A DNA stretch of 64,000 nt, taken from the NCBI GenBank assembly GCA_973895155.1, contig OZ316896.1:13755442-13819441 (forward strand), read 5' to 3'. Below, piece after piece: positions 52,001-64,000 of this stretch. Every line of letters starts with the position of its first letter. The first letter of the stretch is position 1. Under the pieces are notes generated by a model. The model was not told the DNA's origin and searched no databases. It saw nothing but the letters and a program-made list of their open reading frames with translations. The stretch is from Marsupella aquatica (lineage: Eukaryota > Plantae > Marchantiophyta). Both the position numbers and the translations under genes were made by a program.

Positions 52001-52125
52001 TGATGATGATCCTAAATTTTATCGCAAAGCAGAAGAACATGGCAATCAAAGGACGAGGAGGAGGCGATGGTGATCTACAGAGATGGCAAGGGAGCCAATT
52101 ACGCAGAACATGATTGCCGAGAACA

Positions 52126-55100
52126 ATGGGTCCCAAGAAGAAAGAACCTCCGGAAGAAAAAGGAGGAGATCAGAAAGACCAGGGGGTAAGCAAAGGAGGA
52201 AAAGGAGCTAAAAGCAAAGATGGAGTAGACGCGGCTGCTGACGAAGGCTCGCCTGTGGAAGGACAACTTCCACCTGAAGAGCTGTTTTGCCCTCCTCCGG
52301 TGGTGACACCAGAAGAATTCACTTACAATACCACCCTCTCTCTTGAACAGCTACAAGAGACATATGCCCTCTCCGCCAATCTTGAGGATGCTGCAAGGTT
52401 TGATCGATACACCCAAAACCATTCTCAGACTTGACGAATCCCAACAATTTCCTTTTGACCAACTGAATTGAGGAGGGATATTGCTAGCTCTCTTTATTCA
52501 ATCAGTTGTGTGGAGAGATTGTTCTTTCGTCATGAGCTTGCCAACTAATGTTGTCACATTTTGCTAGCAATCACATTTCATGTGAGAGGAAATCTTGCCC
52601 TTGTGATTTTGGTCTCCACCCCTCATCCAGAATTTTTCATTCTCCCAACTCTTCTTCACAGGAGTGAACCGTCGCCACAGATAATAAGAACTCACGTGAA
52701 CCGTGTTACTGTCACAACAGCAGTAAGACCAATCAAAACGGTATCAGTGAAGATAACTTTTTCCGCAACGTGTCCAGACTTTTCAATCCTTCAATCCCCT
52801 TTCATGGACATGAATGGCAACTACAGATCATTATAGTTGGTAGGCCCTGAGCCAAAATCGGATGCAACCACGGCAGTTGATGCACCTAAAACCAACGCAA
52901 AGCGAAGACTCACGCTTGGAGTTGGTGAATCCTGGTAGTTCTTACACGGAGTTTGTTGGCAGATATTTGGCAGCGATCTTGGAACTTGGGGATTGTGTCT
53001 TCGATGCAAGAAACTTAATCGTTCTGGAGTATTGTCTTGGCAACTTGATGTAAGCCGTCTTCTTGACTAGCAGCACTCTTGAGCTCAAATGTTTTCACAG
53101 CAAAACTGTGGCAGTCCACTAGACTGAATTGGTACCTCCATGTTGCCCTTGGCATGGTTTTGATTGATGCTGGATACTGATCTTGGATTCCTGGTGTCAG
53201 GTTTGCCAAGCAAGCAGGCTTAAACTTGAACCAATCTCTTGAGATATATGATTTGGGGCACATGGTTCTTGCTCTACTAAGAGGTGTGTTCAAGTGCTCA
53301 ATGTGCTTTGCCTCCGAGCCACAATTGCGTTCCGTGCTCCTTAGTATCCGATCTCGTCAGCACGTTTATCAAGTTGTTAGTCAAGTGGGTGGAGACACAC
53401 TTTAAGTACCTCTACTGAACAATTCTATCAGAGGCACATTAATGGATCTCGTGTATGGCGATGGCAGATGGAAAACCTTTCGCAGAAGCTGAGTGGCTGT
53501 TTAAGAACAGGTTGCTATCTCGTAGTGTTGTACATTACAAAGTGGCTGCTCCAGACCCGATTGAGAAGGAGAATAATCAGCCAAAGGACAATGACCATCC
53601 GAAGGAGGATGACCAGGAGGATGCTAAGAAGCAGAAGGAAGGCAAGAAATCAAAAGACACTGAAAAGCGAAAGGAGGGGAAGAAATCAAAGAAGACCAAC
53701 GGCCCAGTGGAGGTTGACAAGCAAGATGAGGCTAAAAAATCCAAGAAGGATGACAAATCAAAGGAGGCTAACAACCCAATTGAGGCTGACAAGCTAGATG
53801 AGCCTAAGAAGAAAGACGAGCAACAAGAGCCTCTATTTTCTGCTTTGGATGTTAAAAAAATTACTCCTTATTTCACTACCACGTGAGTATCACTGGCATT
53901 GGCAGCTTGCAAAACTTTTCCCCTACTAGCCCACTGCATCGTTGCATGACCACTCGTGAATACTTGTGGATGTACTAGACGTTTGCTTCACTGGTCATAT
54001 CGGTTACTCATAAACTTGCTGAAGTATTGGTATGCCTTCCTAGGCTCTCTTGTTTTCAAGAACACATGAGGCACAGCAACACATTCCAGATTTTCTCAGA
54101 CTTAGTTTGCAAGGGAAATGAGCTGGAACGTTCGGCGCAGTTTACCTGAACTGCCAACAAGTAAACAATCAGACAAATTGGCAGATTCTTTATTCAATTT
54201 CATTCTAAGCAAGTTGGCAAAATGTATAACAGGCAGATAGGACACCACTCATCTAGTTGACACTGAATGTTGGCAGAGTGTTTCAGCACTATTGCTTGTA
54301 CCAGTACTGCTTCACCAGGGTGCATTACAACATTAGAAGGACAGATAGAGTGTTTGTAGAGACGGCTTTGACGTATCCATTTTCTGAAGCGAAGTCCCAA
54401 GAGGAAATAGAAGCAGAGGAGGTAAGTTTCTCATGAATAGAAATAACCGGTCTCCCAACTTGATACCGTCACAGAACGTAACAGTAAACTATTCCATTAG
54501 CCCTGTTCTGAATTTGATGAAGGAGTACTGTGACGGTTGGACGGAACAGATCACGTCATTTAAACTATTTTGCATCCTAATTCCTCTTCTGATTCCAGCC
54601 CCTATGCGCAATTCTTAAAAATCGAAATCCGTCGTCGCCTTCCCTACTGCAATAGCAAAGCATCTGAAAGCGATTGATCAGAAAGAGCGCACATCCCAAA
54701 AATGGGTTTTGCAATATTCGACAATGTCATTGTAAATGATGACTACCGTTTCCTGCTCATGGAAATTGGTGCGCCTCCAAAGGCCCTGTTCGCTCTCGAC
54801 TCGCATTACTAGGATCAAGCCTGCTATGGCTAGTCCATTTGTGCTTTCACACAAGAGCGTTATCATTACTCTCTAGGTTGACATCAGTCCAATTTCGGCG
54901 GACTTGCCATTTTTTATGACCCTTCTTTGCACAATTTGTTGTGCTACTACAAAGAGCAAAACAAATATTCAGTCAGAGTGAGGTTTCAGATTAGGTCTTA
55001 GTAACTTTTCAGTAGTCTTCTTATGTATACATCTGTTTAATACCTAGTGGGCTTACCACTTTGTAAGTTCTATCTCCAGTTATATTCGACGACCTCAAAA

Positions 55101-55519
55101 TCAGTCCTCAGTTTACTTGGCATGTCCTCTTGGACTACTTGCAGGCCGCTAGAATTGCTGCGGAAGAGAAAGCCAGGCAAGATGCTTATGCAGCACAATG
55201 GCTAGCAGAACAAAATATGTTTGCTGCTATAGCAGCAGAAGCAAAAAGGCTTGCAGAGGAGGAGCTGGCCCGGAAATCCTTAACCCTGGATGAATACATT
55301 GAGCGGGCTGTGCGTCACAGGATTGAAGAAGCTAAAAAAGAATTAATTGAAGAGTACGAGTATAGGGAGCATTTTCTGATCGACAAGATTCTACAGAGGC
55401 AAAAGGAGCAAGAAGCCGCTGCTGCAGCTGCACTCAGTGCCAAGAATGCAGCCATTGCTGAGAAAACACAGCCTGCGGCTCCAGCTGTAGCCGAGAAGAA
55501 GGCGAAGAAAGGGATGTAA
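52126..55519 (+). CDS. Flagellar C1a-32/CLAMP-domain (CABCOCO1/CFAP119-like) protein, multi-exon
   Basis: Exons ~52126-52397, 52963-53050, 53201-53283, ~53432-53882, 54277-54421 and 55145-55519 give MGPKKKE...YLAAILEL..FAKQAGLNLNQ..FKNRLL..LFSALDVKKITPYFTTT.FQHYCLYQYCF..., then a coiled-coil tail. The FS..DVK.I..YF...F.HY.LYQY.F pattern is typical of C1a-32. Confidence 0.8.
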
Positions 55520-56508
55520 GCACAAGGTGGTTCGTACTTTTAGGAAGTGAAGTAATGGTGAGCAGGAAATCGAAGCCGGAGCCTAGGAGTCGATGATTAT
55601 GAGCTTCCTTGTACATTGAAACGTCCAACGTACTCTCCAATCTCAAACCACATTAACCTCTCTCACAAACATTTATGGTTTGAGACCATTAGAAAACTGG
55701 AAGTCAATGTCTAAGGGCACAAAATCTTAACGTGCAATTATTAACCTCGCACACATCGGTTTCATCGGAAAGTTGTTCAGTACTTAGTGGCCTTTCTTCC
55801 CATTATATATGAGTAATTCAAGGTGTTGAGGAATGGAATCATCTCCTCTCGATTGATTCACGTGACAAAATGTCAAGATTTTGGGTCTTCTTTAGTGCAA
55901 AAGGCCAACTCAATCTAGTTCAGCCTTTTGAATAGGGCCACTGGACCAGTATATAACAACTGTACATCTGGGTTGTGGTTTTGAGCTTAAAATGGGCCAT
56001 GAAAGCTATAGACACAGTGCTGTTGGTACAAACTTGCAAAATTACTGAGGAATAAGCTGGTCTGCAACACCTGTCAAGTCCACTGCCAAGGACATCAAAT
56101 TTGCAAAGCGTAGCCGTTTCTGTAACTGTCATGATTCAAGTCGCTTAGAAGAGCTAAAAAATGTCAACGAGTTTTCATCATTCGGCTGGTTCTTGTGCGA
56201 CGTTTACGAATGTTAGCGTAGAAATGAATACTGTGGGCAGAGGCCAGAAGGGAAGGTAATAAGTATCAATGGAAGTCTTTTGTTCCACAGAAATAGGTGA
56301 TTACAATACTGTACAGTGGCATGCTCTGTGCTATTGAGCACTTTACAACATGTAAAGAAGAAACTACTCATTTTCATTGGAATCCAAAATGAATACCCGG
56401 TTAAATCAATTTATGTACAGGTTCACATATACACACACTGTGTTGCAGACATCTCCCGAGCACTGTAGCCCATATGTTTGTCTTTCGGTTGAACTAGGAC
56501 AACAGTGT

Positions 56509-58801
56509 CTAAGTAAGGAGGCGAACAACAACACAACAAGACGTCCACACCGCCATCATGGCAGCTCGCACAATTACAGGGTTTTTATACAGCCTGCAAT
56601 GGAGGACCACCACAACCGCTGCATTAGAAGCCCATAAGATGGCCAAAAATGGATGCACCACGCATTCTGATTTACTGGGTCAATCTATGGCGAATGGAAC
56701 AGAAAATATATGGAACTCACCCTACAGCAGTGGCTCCCCAAGAAGCAGCAGAGTACATAAACTTTCCACAATTCCACAACATGCGCAACTTTCCTTTCCT
56801 CTCCAGGTCTGTGAAGGCTTGACTGATGGCTGCAAAGGTTCAAAACAAAACACCAAGTTCAGCCAGAAACTATAACCCGAAGCCACCAAGATGAACAACT
56901 TAGCTTTGTTTCTAGGACTCTAAAGCTTTTCGCATATTCTAAATTATTTGGGGAAACCAGCACGTGTTTGGTACCTACTTTTTTGTAGTTCCTGAGGTGT
57001 CATTCCCTGCAAGTAGCATATGAAACGATCAGAACGTCCGAAAATTAAATAGCGACATAAGTACCCACCCACACAACCAGGTTAAGAGCACCTAGAAAAT
57101 CTTCAGAAACCTTCAAAACTGCTGCCATTTGCATTTCCAAATTCCGTGCAGTGCTTTACACGGCACACTGTACAAACCTTGCTCCGCCAGTATAAGCAAT
57201 TGTAATTCACCTAAACCTACAGAATCAAAACCTACACAGTAAAGCCTACAGTTCTTGAAAGAGGTCACATGGTGTCAACCTTGGTTTGTGGCATGGAGGA
57301 GATATATCGAGCCATGAAGCTGGCTATACCGTCCACAATGTCATCATGGGTGATGATCAAATAACCATCTGATCCTAATCCATCCTGCTCAATCTTGGTA
57401 TCCCTTTCAATCAAGTCCTGGTCGGTCACCCAAAGCCATGAGCTAGGATCATCTGCATCGATGAAAGAGGAAAAGTCACTCTCCATGTGCATCTATGTCA
57501 CCACCTTGTATCCAAAAACTAGGTCAGAGCAGGTTTACGCAACCAAGATTCCAATTGATGGCCAAATTCCCAGAGAGAATAAAACGTCACGAACATTTCC
57601 CTATGAAGAGATAAACCAAATCCTAGCAGGGCAAACTACAAACCGCAGACCAGATGGGTATCAACGCCTGGTGTTTAGGTTTCCTGATGATACTGAGAAA
57701 GATGAATGCAGACTTTTGAAGCTAGGCAAACCTCCCATACAGGTCACCCTCTACAGTAAATGAGTGGGATTCTGGGACCTGCAATGTTGACCACCGTTCG
57801 TTCTGGGGACTTTGGCCATTCCTTGACACCGGACAGCTTTTCCAGAAAGTCAGGCGAGTCGACCTTTTCCTTCAACCGCTCGTACAACTGCAAACAATGG
57901 CCAAGATTTGGAATTTGAGGCGTGGTATACGAGCCTAACACACGAGTAATCCAAAATTCTCAGCAGATTGCCACCGGGCATTGAGAAGCCCCGGCTCTGA
58001 ATTCCTCCAGAAAATATATCAACATTCGAAAATAGTTTGAACTCTGTTGCTCATTTACTACTTGTTTTTACTATTGCCTTGTGGCAAAAGGGACCCAGGG
58101 CCCAACGCTCCTGGAAATTGACCCAAGCTGTCGCCGATTCCCTGCCCACAATCATAACCTAAACAGAAACTCTCATCAGCTCGAACTGTTAGTGACGATC
58201 ACCGTCATCTCCTGCGCTTCGGCAATGCCTGCTTCGAGTTTTCAACATTCGGTACACCAATGTGGACCTCATGTCACTGCTTAGGGCGCCCGCCCACTGG
58301 TTACTTCTATCCCAATTCAGGACGAGAAAATTCGCTAGGGAACGAGCCTAAAAGGAATGAGACGTGAAACACTAAAACTAAGCAACAGCAATTCAAGCGA
58401 GCGACTGGTATTGTTTTGCTAGGGAAGAGTTTGTCAAGGCGGTGGAGAATCCTCACATCATGAGGACCGGCTCCACCACTGGAGTTAGGGTCTGGGGACG
58501 AGGGGCCGACCTCGGTATCAGAGAAACCGGTTTCTCCTGATCCTCCTGCTTCTTCTCCTACTCCTCCCCCTCCTCCCAGCATCTGCATGCGTTCCAGCGT
58601 ATTCTGATACTCCTCGAGCATTGCACGCAGTCGCCGATTCTCTTCCTGCTGACGCGCTAACTCGTCTTCGGCCGTTCGAAACTTCTGCTCGTGTTCAACT
58701 ACCGCTGCAGAATGCGCATGACGCCTCTCCAACGCTTCCCATGCCACATCCGCCACTTCCGCGACCACCACCGCCACTTCGAGCCCCTCTCCGTGCACCA
58801 T
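56509..58801 (-). CDS. Conserved uncharacterised plant protein (N-terminal coiled coil, hydrophobic C-terminus)
   Basis: Spliced exons give EVADVAWEALE, ENRRLRAMLE, LYERLKEKVDSPDFLEKL, DDPSSWLWVT, YLIITHDDIVDGIASFMARYI, MTPQELQK, KGKLRMLWNCGKFMYSAASWGATAVGLYKNP..AVWTSC. I recognise this as a plant uncharacterised family but know no gene symbol. Confidence 0.85.
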
Positions 58802-59463
58802 CTTCCCCTTCGGCTGGTTGTCCTTCGACTTCTCTCCCTCACCTCTTAAGCGATTAATCCAACCCAACCCAATCCAATTCAATTCAATTCAATTCAATCC
58901 GATTCAACCAAACACGCTTTCCAATGCCCCGTATCTCCAGTTCTTCTACCCAATTCCGACCTCAAGTTCCAATTCCACTATCGCTCGTTCTTCTTCCCAA
59001 TTCCGACCTCAACTCCAATTCCACACAACACCACAGTAGTCTGTCAACATTCGGTACACTCTAAACATTCTCTCTCGCTCTCCCTCTCCTTAATTGAATT
59101 GCGTCCTTGCACATCGACGATTCAACCAAGAGATGCGTTCCTGAATGAAATACGTAGAAATAAACTGAATTCTGCGAGCAGACTCTGTCGATGTGCAAGC
59201 TTCTCATGGCCCCGAAATCTCTCTAACTACAAACAGGCTCCTCTTTCGTCAATGACATGGCGTTGCTCAATCAACTCAAACCAAATCAATCCAATCAAAT
59301 GCACTCAAATCCACTCAAATCCACGATAATAGGGTAGGAATTCTGGGAGCAGAATGGGTGACTCTGTATGTGTGAAAGCATATGTTGAACGCGATGATTC
59401 TTCACTCTCCTCCCTCAGCACTCCACTTCTCGTCTCTCCTTCATCGCAGCCTTTGGGAGGGAA

Positions 59464-59740
59464 GCGATTCAAGGAAAGGAAAGGAAAAAGGAAAGGAAAG
59501 GAAAGGAAAAGGAAAAGGAAAAGAAAGGAAAGGACTGGAGTTGCGTGCTTCGCAAATTCCTTGCAGCCCCAACTTAACGTACCTTAATGCCCTTGGTGAT
59601 TTTTTTTTCCTTTGTAATTTCTAGGGCATTTTGGGAGCTCTTAATGCACTTAGTGAATTTTTTTCCTTTGTAATTTCTAGGGCATTTTGGGAGCTCTTAA
59701 TGCACTTAGTGATTTTTTCCTTTCTATTTTCTAGGGCATT
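59464..59740. repeat. (aaagg)n microsatellite and ~55-bp x3 tandem repeat
   Basis: aggaaaggaaagg run at 59470-59532; cttaatgc..tgatttttttcctttgtaatttctagggcattttgg recurs three times. Confidence 0.8.
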
Positions 59741-61356
59741 TGGATCATCTCTTTGGTAACACTAGCCTGATTCCTGATTATTCATTCCTTGCCTGATTTT
59801 ACTTGAATTAATAGAGATGAAGAGCAAAAACAAATCTTGCCAAAAAAAAGGAATTCGATGCTATCTCCAGATTCTATTTGCCCGTCCACTCTCACTTTGT
59901 CTTTATTTAAAGTCTTATTTTTTTCTTATTTTCAAGTCTAGTTTTGTCTTAATGTGGATTTATAGTCTAGAGGCTTCACTCTAGACCTAGTCCTTGAAGG
60001 GAGCTTGTGATAGTGATCTATTAGTAATATTTTACTCTACTTTTACTAAAGCTAGAAAAAATTTAAAAATCTCTCTTAGACCGTTAAGTGTACTAAAGTC
60101 CTGTTTTGGAGCATTATGGACAATAATAGCCCGGCCCTAAAACTCAAGCTCAGGCTATCATTTTTGGGGGCGTCATATCTCATAATGCCCTCCAAACAGG
60201 AATTTGTTGTATATGTAATACACTTTGTGATATTTATTTTTGTATTGTTCAGGGCATTCTGGGAGAATAATGCCCCTCAAGATCTGGATCACTCTTTAGG
60301 AAGATTATCCTCTACCTTTACTAAAGTTTGAAAAAGCAAAAATCTGTCAAGCCTTTAAGTGTAATAAGGTTGTAATAAGGTCCTATTTTTACATTTTCTG
60401 TGTGTAACTTACTTCAATGAGACTTCACAAAGTGCATCATTCTTAATCTTTGCTATCCTAGACTTTTTCTTTCCCAAAAATCTTAGATTTCAATATTGTG
60501 CATCCAATCCAATTTTAATGAATTTCTACCACGTAAGAGAGATTCTATCTTTTAGAATCTCATGAGTGAGTGAGAGCACAAAATGAATCTAAACAATGTG
60601 CACACCTAGTGTTTTAACTTCTCCTCATGGTCAGCTTTACTAAGCTTATGGTTTTCATTGGCTTGAGTGGCAATACCTAAGGCAAGTGAGGACATAGCTT
60701 ATGTACACAACTCTTAATTCAGAACCATGAGACAAGTGATGATGCGTACCTTATGTGCACAAGTCTTCATTTGTACTTTTACTGGTCATAATCTTTGCAT
60801 GGGCTGGACTTCTACTCTTGTACTGTATCCCACTCAATCTTAACATACACTATGAAATAGCAAAACATAAATTAGATCACCTACACATCACTAAGGGAAA
60901 AAAATTGAAACATGTTCATGCTATTGGATGAGCATGCTATAATGAAGAAGAATGTTCAGTTAACTTTGGGTGGGCTCATTATGAATTAAACTTTTCCTTT
61001 ACTTTTACTAAAAAAGAAAAACTCTCCTAGACTTAAAGTGTATTAATGTCCAGTTACCAGAAAATTGTGGGTAATAACAGTCTCAAAACTTGAATTAAAA
61101 CACTCATTTTTGAGGGCATTATGGCCCATACTGCACTGTAAAGAGGACCCTACCATAGTTGTAGTGTCTTCCCTGTTAGCACAATGAATACACAACTATT
61201 GGAATTTGAACCTGATTGACAAAATATTTCAACCCCAAAGTCACTGAGAGTTTGTCACTGCCCATCCCCATAGACTACTTCAAGACATCAGCCAGTTTAC
61301 AAAAGGTGACAACAAGGAAGTGAATGTGTTATGGATGAAATTTTGATAAGGATATT

Positions 61357-61505
61357 AGGGCCTGTCAAAGTATAGCTGTAACTGAGTTACTGCTCAGGAC
61401 AGGATTGCTATAGGCTACCAAAATACAAATCACATAAGGGAACGTGGTACGTGCAGAAAATAAAAATTGTAACACTTTGGTTATGGGAGTACTTTGACAC
61501 GCCCT
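61357..61505. mobile_element. PIF/Harbinger (Tourist-like) MITE
   Basis: TIRs agggcctgtcaaagta / tactttgacacgccct, with the 3-bp direct repeat att on both flanks. Confidence 0.6.
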
Positions 61506-61659
61506 ATTACACTTTTGTGAAGAATGATTTGAGTGGTTTGGGTCTCACAGATCAATTATCATTTTGGGGAAGTAGACTTTACTTTTGTGAACTATTCCTA
61601 GAGTAGCTTGGGCCTGAGCAATAAAGGACTCTCCTTGCTCTTTTGATTTCAGTAATCAA

Positions 61660-62560
61660 GGTTGCACTTATTTAATGATTTCACTCATCATAGTTGTACT
61701 TATCGTGGGATTTCACTAATGAGGGTTGCACTTATGGAGGTCTCACTGTATGTCTCTCACCCCACACTTACAATCAAATATGCTTGTAGTGTAGAGTCTA
61801 TGTCTGTTAGGCACTTTCGCTCTCACACCACCCTTACAGTAAAGTATGGCTCTCACGTGTAAAGTCTATGTCTGCCTGTATCTGTCTAGCTCCCTCTCCC
61901 GCCCAAATGCCAAAAAACATTCTCTGGTCAAGATACTCATTATGGGATTTCACTAATGAAGGTTGCAATTATGGAGGTCTTACTGTATCTCTCTCACCCC
62001 CCCCCCCCCCCCCTTACAGTAAAGTATGGCTCTCAAGTATAAAGTCTATGTCTGTCTGTCTTTATCTGGCTCCCCTCCCGCCAAAATGCCAAGCAAACCT
62101 TCACTGATCAAGGTATTTATTATCGGATTTCACTAATCAAGCTTGCACTTATGGAGGTCTTGCTGTATCGATCTTACCCGACCCTTACAGCAAAGTCTGA
62201 TTGTCAAGTGTAAACTCTATGTCTGTGTGTCTCCCGCCCAAATGCCAAGCAAACATTCACTAATCAAGGTACATTTCACTGAGCAAGGTTACAGTTATGA
62301 AGGTCTTACTGTAACTCTCACACCCCACCCTTACAGTAAAGTCTGATTGTCAAGTGTAAACTCTATATCTGTCTGTCTCCCGCCCAAATGCCAAGCAAAT
62401 ACTTATTAATCAAGGTACTTGTTATGGGATTTCACTAAGGAAGGTTACAGTTATGAAGGTCTTACTGTAACTCCCTCACCCTATCCTTACAGTAAGTCTG
62501 ATTGTCAAGTGTAAACTCTATGTCTGTCTGTCTCCCGCCCAAATGCCAAGCAAACATTCT
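61660..62560. repeat. Tandem array, ~150-240-bp units, ~5 copies
   Basis: atttcactaa..ggtt(g/a)ca.ttatg(g/a)aggtct..cccttacagtaaagt..ctatgtctg..cccgcccaaatgcca recurs at ~61708, 61945, 62125, 62273 and 62428. Confidence 0.88.
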
Positions 62561-63425
62561 TCTTCACAGAATCACATAGTTGGTCTTTTCGTCAATCTGC
62601 CGTGCTTGAGAAAGAGAAATCCTTCGATCAAGTGCTGTTTCTGAGACAAAACAATCCTTTGTCCGATATCGATTTTTCTCCACAGAGAAATCCTAGCAGC
62701 AACCTGCTGTGCCCGTGCCTGAGAGACAGAGAAATCCTCTCTCCAATCGGCTGTGCTTGAGAGAGAGAGAGAGAGTGAATTCGGTCAGGGTGCTCTACTC
62801 TTCCCCGAGATTGAGAAGAGATCGATGGAGGCGATGCCTTGTCCCGCCTCGTGATTGAGAATCAGAGAGAGCGTTGTTTTCTGGGATGCTTCCTCCTCCC
62901 TGAGGAAAATTGGGGGATTGGTTTCTGCGGCAGCGGCGGCGGCGGCGCCTAGAGCGACGAGAAGAGCGACGAGAAGAGCGAGACGTTGGTGCTCGAGGCT
63001 GTGCTTACCAATTTGCCGAATGGTTCCGTGATTTTCCGAACGTGACGTCGGCTATAGCGAGGCTGTAGAGAATTGGACGTGACAAGCAAGAAGCCAACTG
63101 GAAGATATACCTTTCTAAGCTGTGGAAATGGTCTGGACGAGCGAGGAGTCACTGGTTGGTCCTCACTCGGAGAACGGGAGTGTTTTTCTATAGTTCACAC
63201 ATGGTCATTTCCCAACGTCGACGTCAACGAGTGCCAAATTGTGCCGCTTGCGCATCTCAACGCACAGGGTACCTATCTAGAAGTTGCTAGGCCCAGCGAG
63301 CCTCGCGGAAGATCGGGTTTTGCGACAGAAAAACACGGCACGGACAAATTGAAGGAGTGCGAAAGCAGAAAGAACGCAGGTTCGTTGAGCAGGATTTTTT
63401 TTGGCGGGGACGGAGGGACGGAAAC

Positions 63426-63547
63426 ATGGCGAAAAGCGAACCGGTCGGAATTGTAGCTGAAGATGAGGAACTCGAGAAATGGATGACTCTAGATGATGAT
63501 GATGATGTACTCCCGAGTCAAATCAAACCGATTCTCCCGGCCAAAAG
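63426..63547 (+). CDS. Probable first coding exon of a gene continuing beyond the window
   Basis: ATG at 63426 gives MAKSEPVGIVAEDEELEKWMTLDDDDDVLPSQIKPILPAK(R), then a GT donor and intron-like sequence. It follows a GA-rich 5' UTR-like region at 62560-63425. Confidence 0.55.
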
Positions 63548-64000
63548 GTTCAACAGAATTTCTGTCTCAATCTTCTGAGGTTGCAGTAGACGTGAGCCAA
63601 GTTGCCTCATCAGTGCTGCCGGAGGGAGCTGGCTGAGCTCTAAAATCTCTCGTTTAACTTTTTGGCTTGTGATTTCTCTTATCCAAACTCATTCATCTCC
63701 CCAATTTAACAATGTCCTTCGCGTACTATAATGTTCTGGTGGCAAGGGAATTTCGCTCTCTTTGCAATGGGAATTTCCTGTTAGAGGGGGATTTCTTTCT
63801 CGTTCTAGCCTCGCTTGTAGGGATGTAATCCTCCAAAGAGCAAAGCTATCACCAACAATGTATGCAGTTGAAAATCAAATTGATAATTGTATTCGTTGCT
63901 GCTCAGAGGAGACTCCCAGCCGGTTGGATCGAGTCATGAGCTTTATCGCATGCTGATGCGGAATGAGCTGTGTTGTGTGCCTGATACCCTTCTCCCCTTT

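Overview
Eukaryotic, land-plant genomic DNA, most likely a plant with flagellated sperm such as a liverwort or other bryophyte. This is inferred from plant-type TEN1, PHD-GNAT and ALP1-like genes together with a flagellar C1a-32/CLAMP gene. Bases 1 to ~25,300 form a nested transposon island. It holds an intact spliced CACTA (En/Spm) transposase with accessory exons, three different CACTA right-hand termini (ending 8533, 12642, 21371) and copia-type LTR remnants into which CACTAs inserted. It also holds Mutator- and mariner-type MITEs, decayed Helitron-like 3' ends, a tandem tRNA-like SINE and a degenerate CRE-type non-LTR retroelement. Bases ~26,400-64,000 are gene-dense. They carry an IDM1-like Tify/PHD/GNAT acetyltransferase (-), TEN1 (-), an intronless Harbinger-transposase-derived ALP1-like gene with intact D-D-E and a long repetitive acidic N-terminus (-), a C1a-32/CLAMP gene (+), a conserved uncharacterised plant gene (-) and the first exon of another gene (+). 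Several intergenic tandem arrays separate them. All calls come from reading motifs by eye; no database searches were run, and exon boundaries not stated explicitly are approximate.
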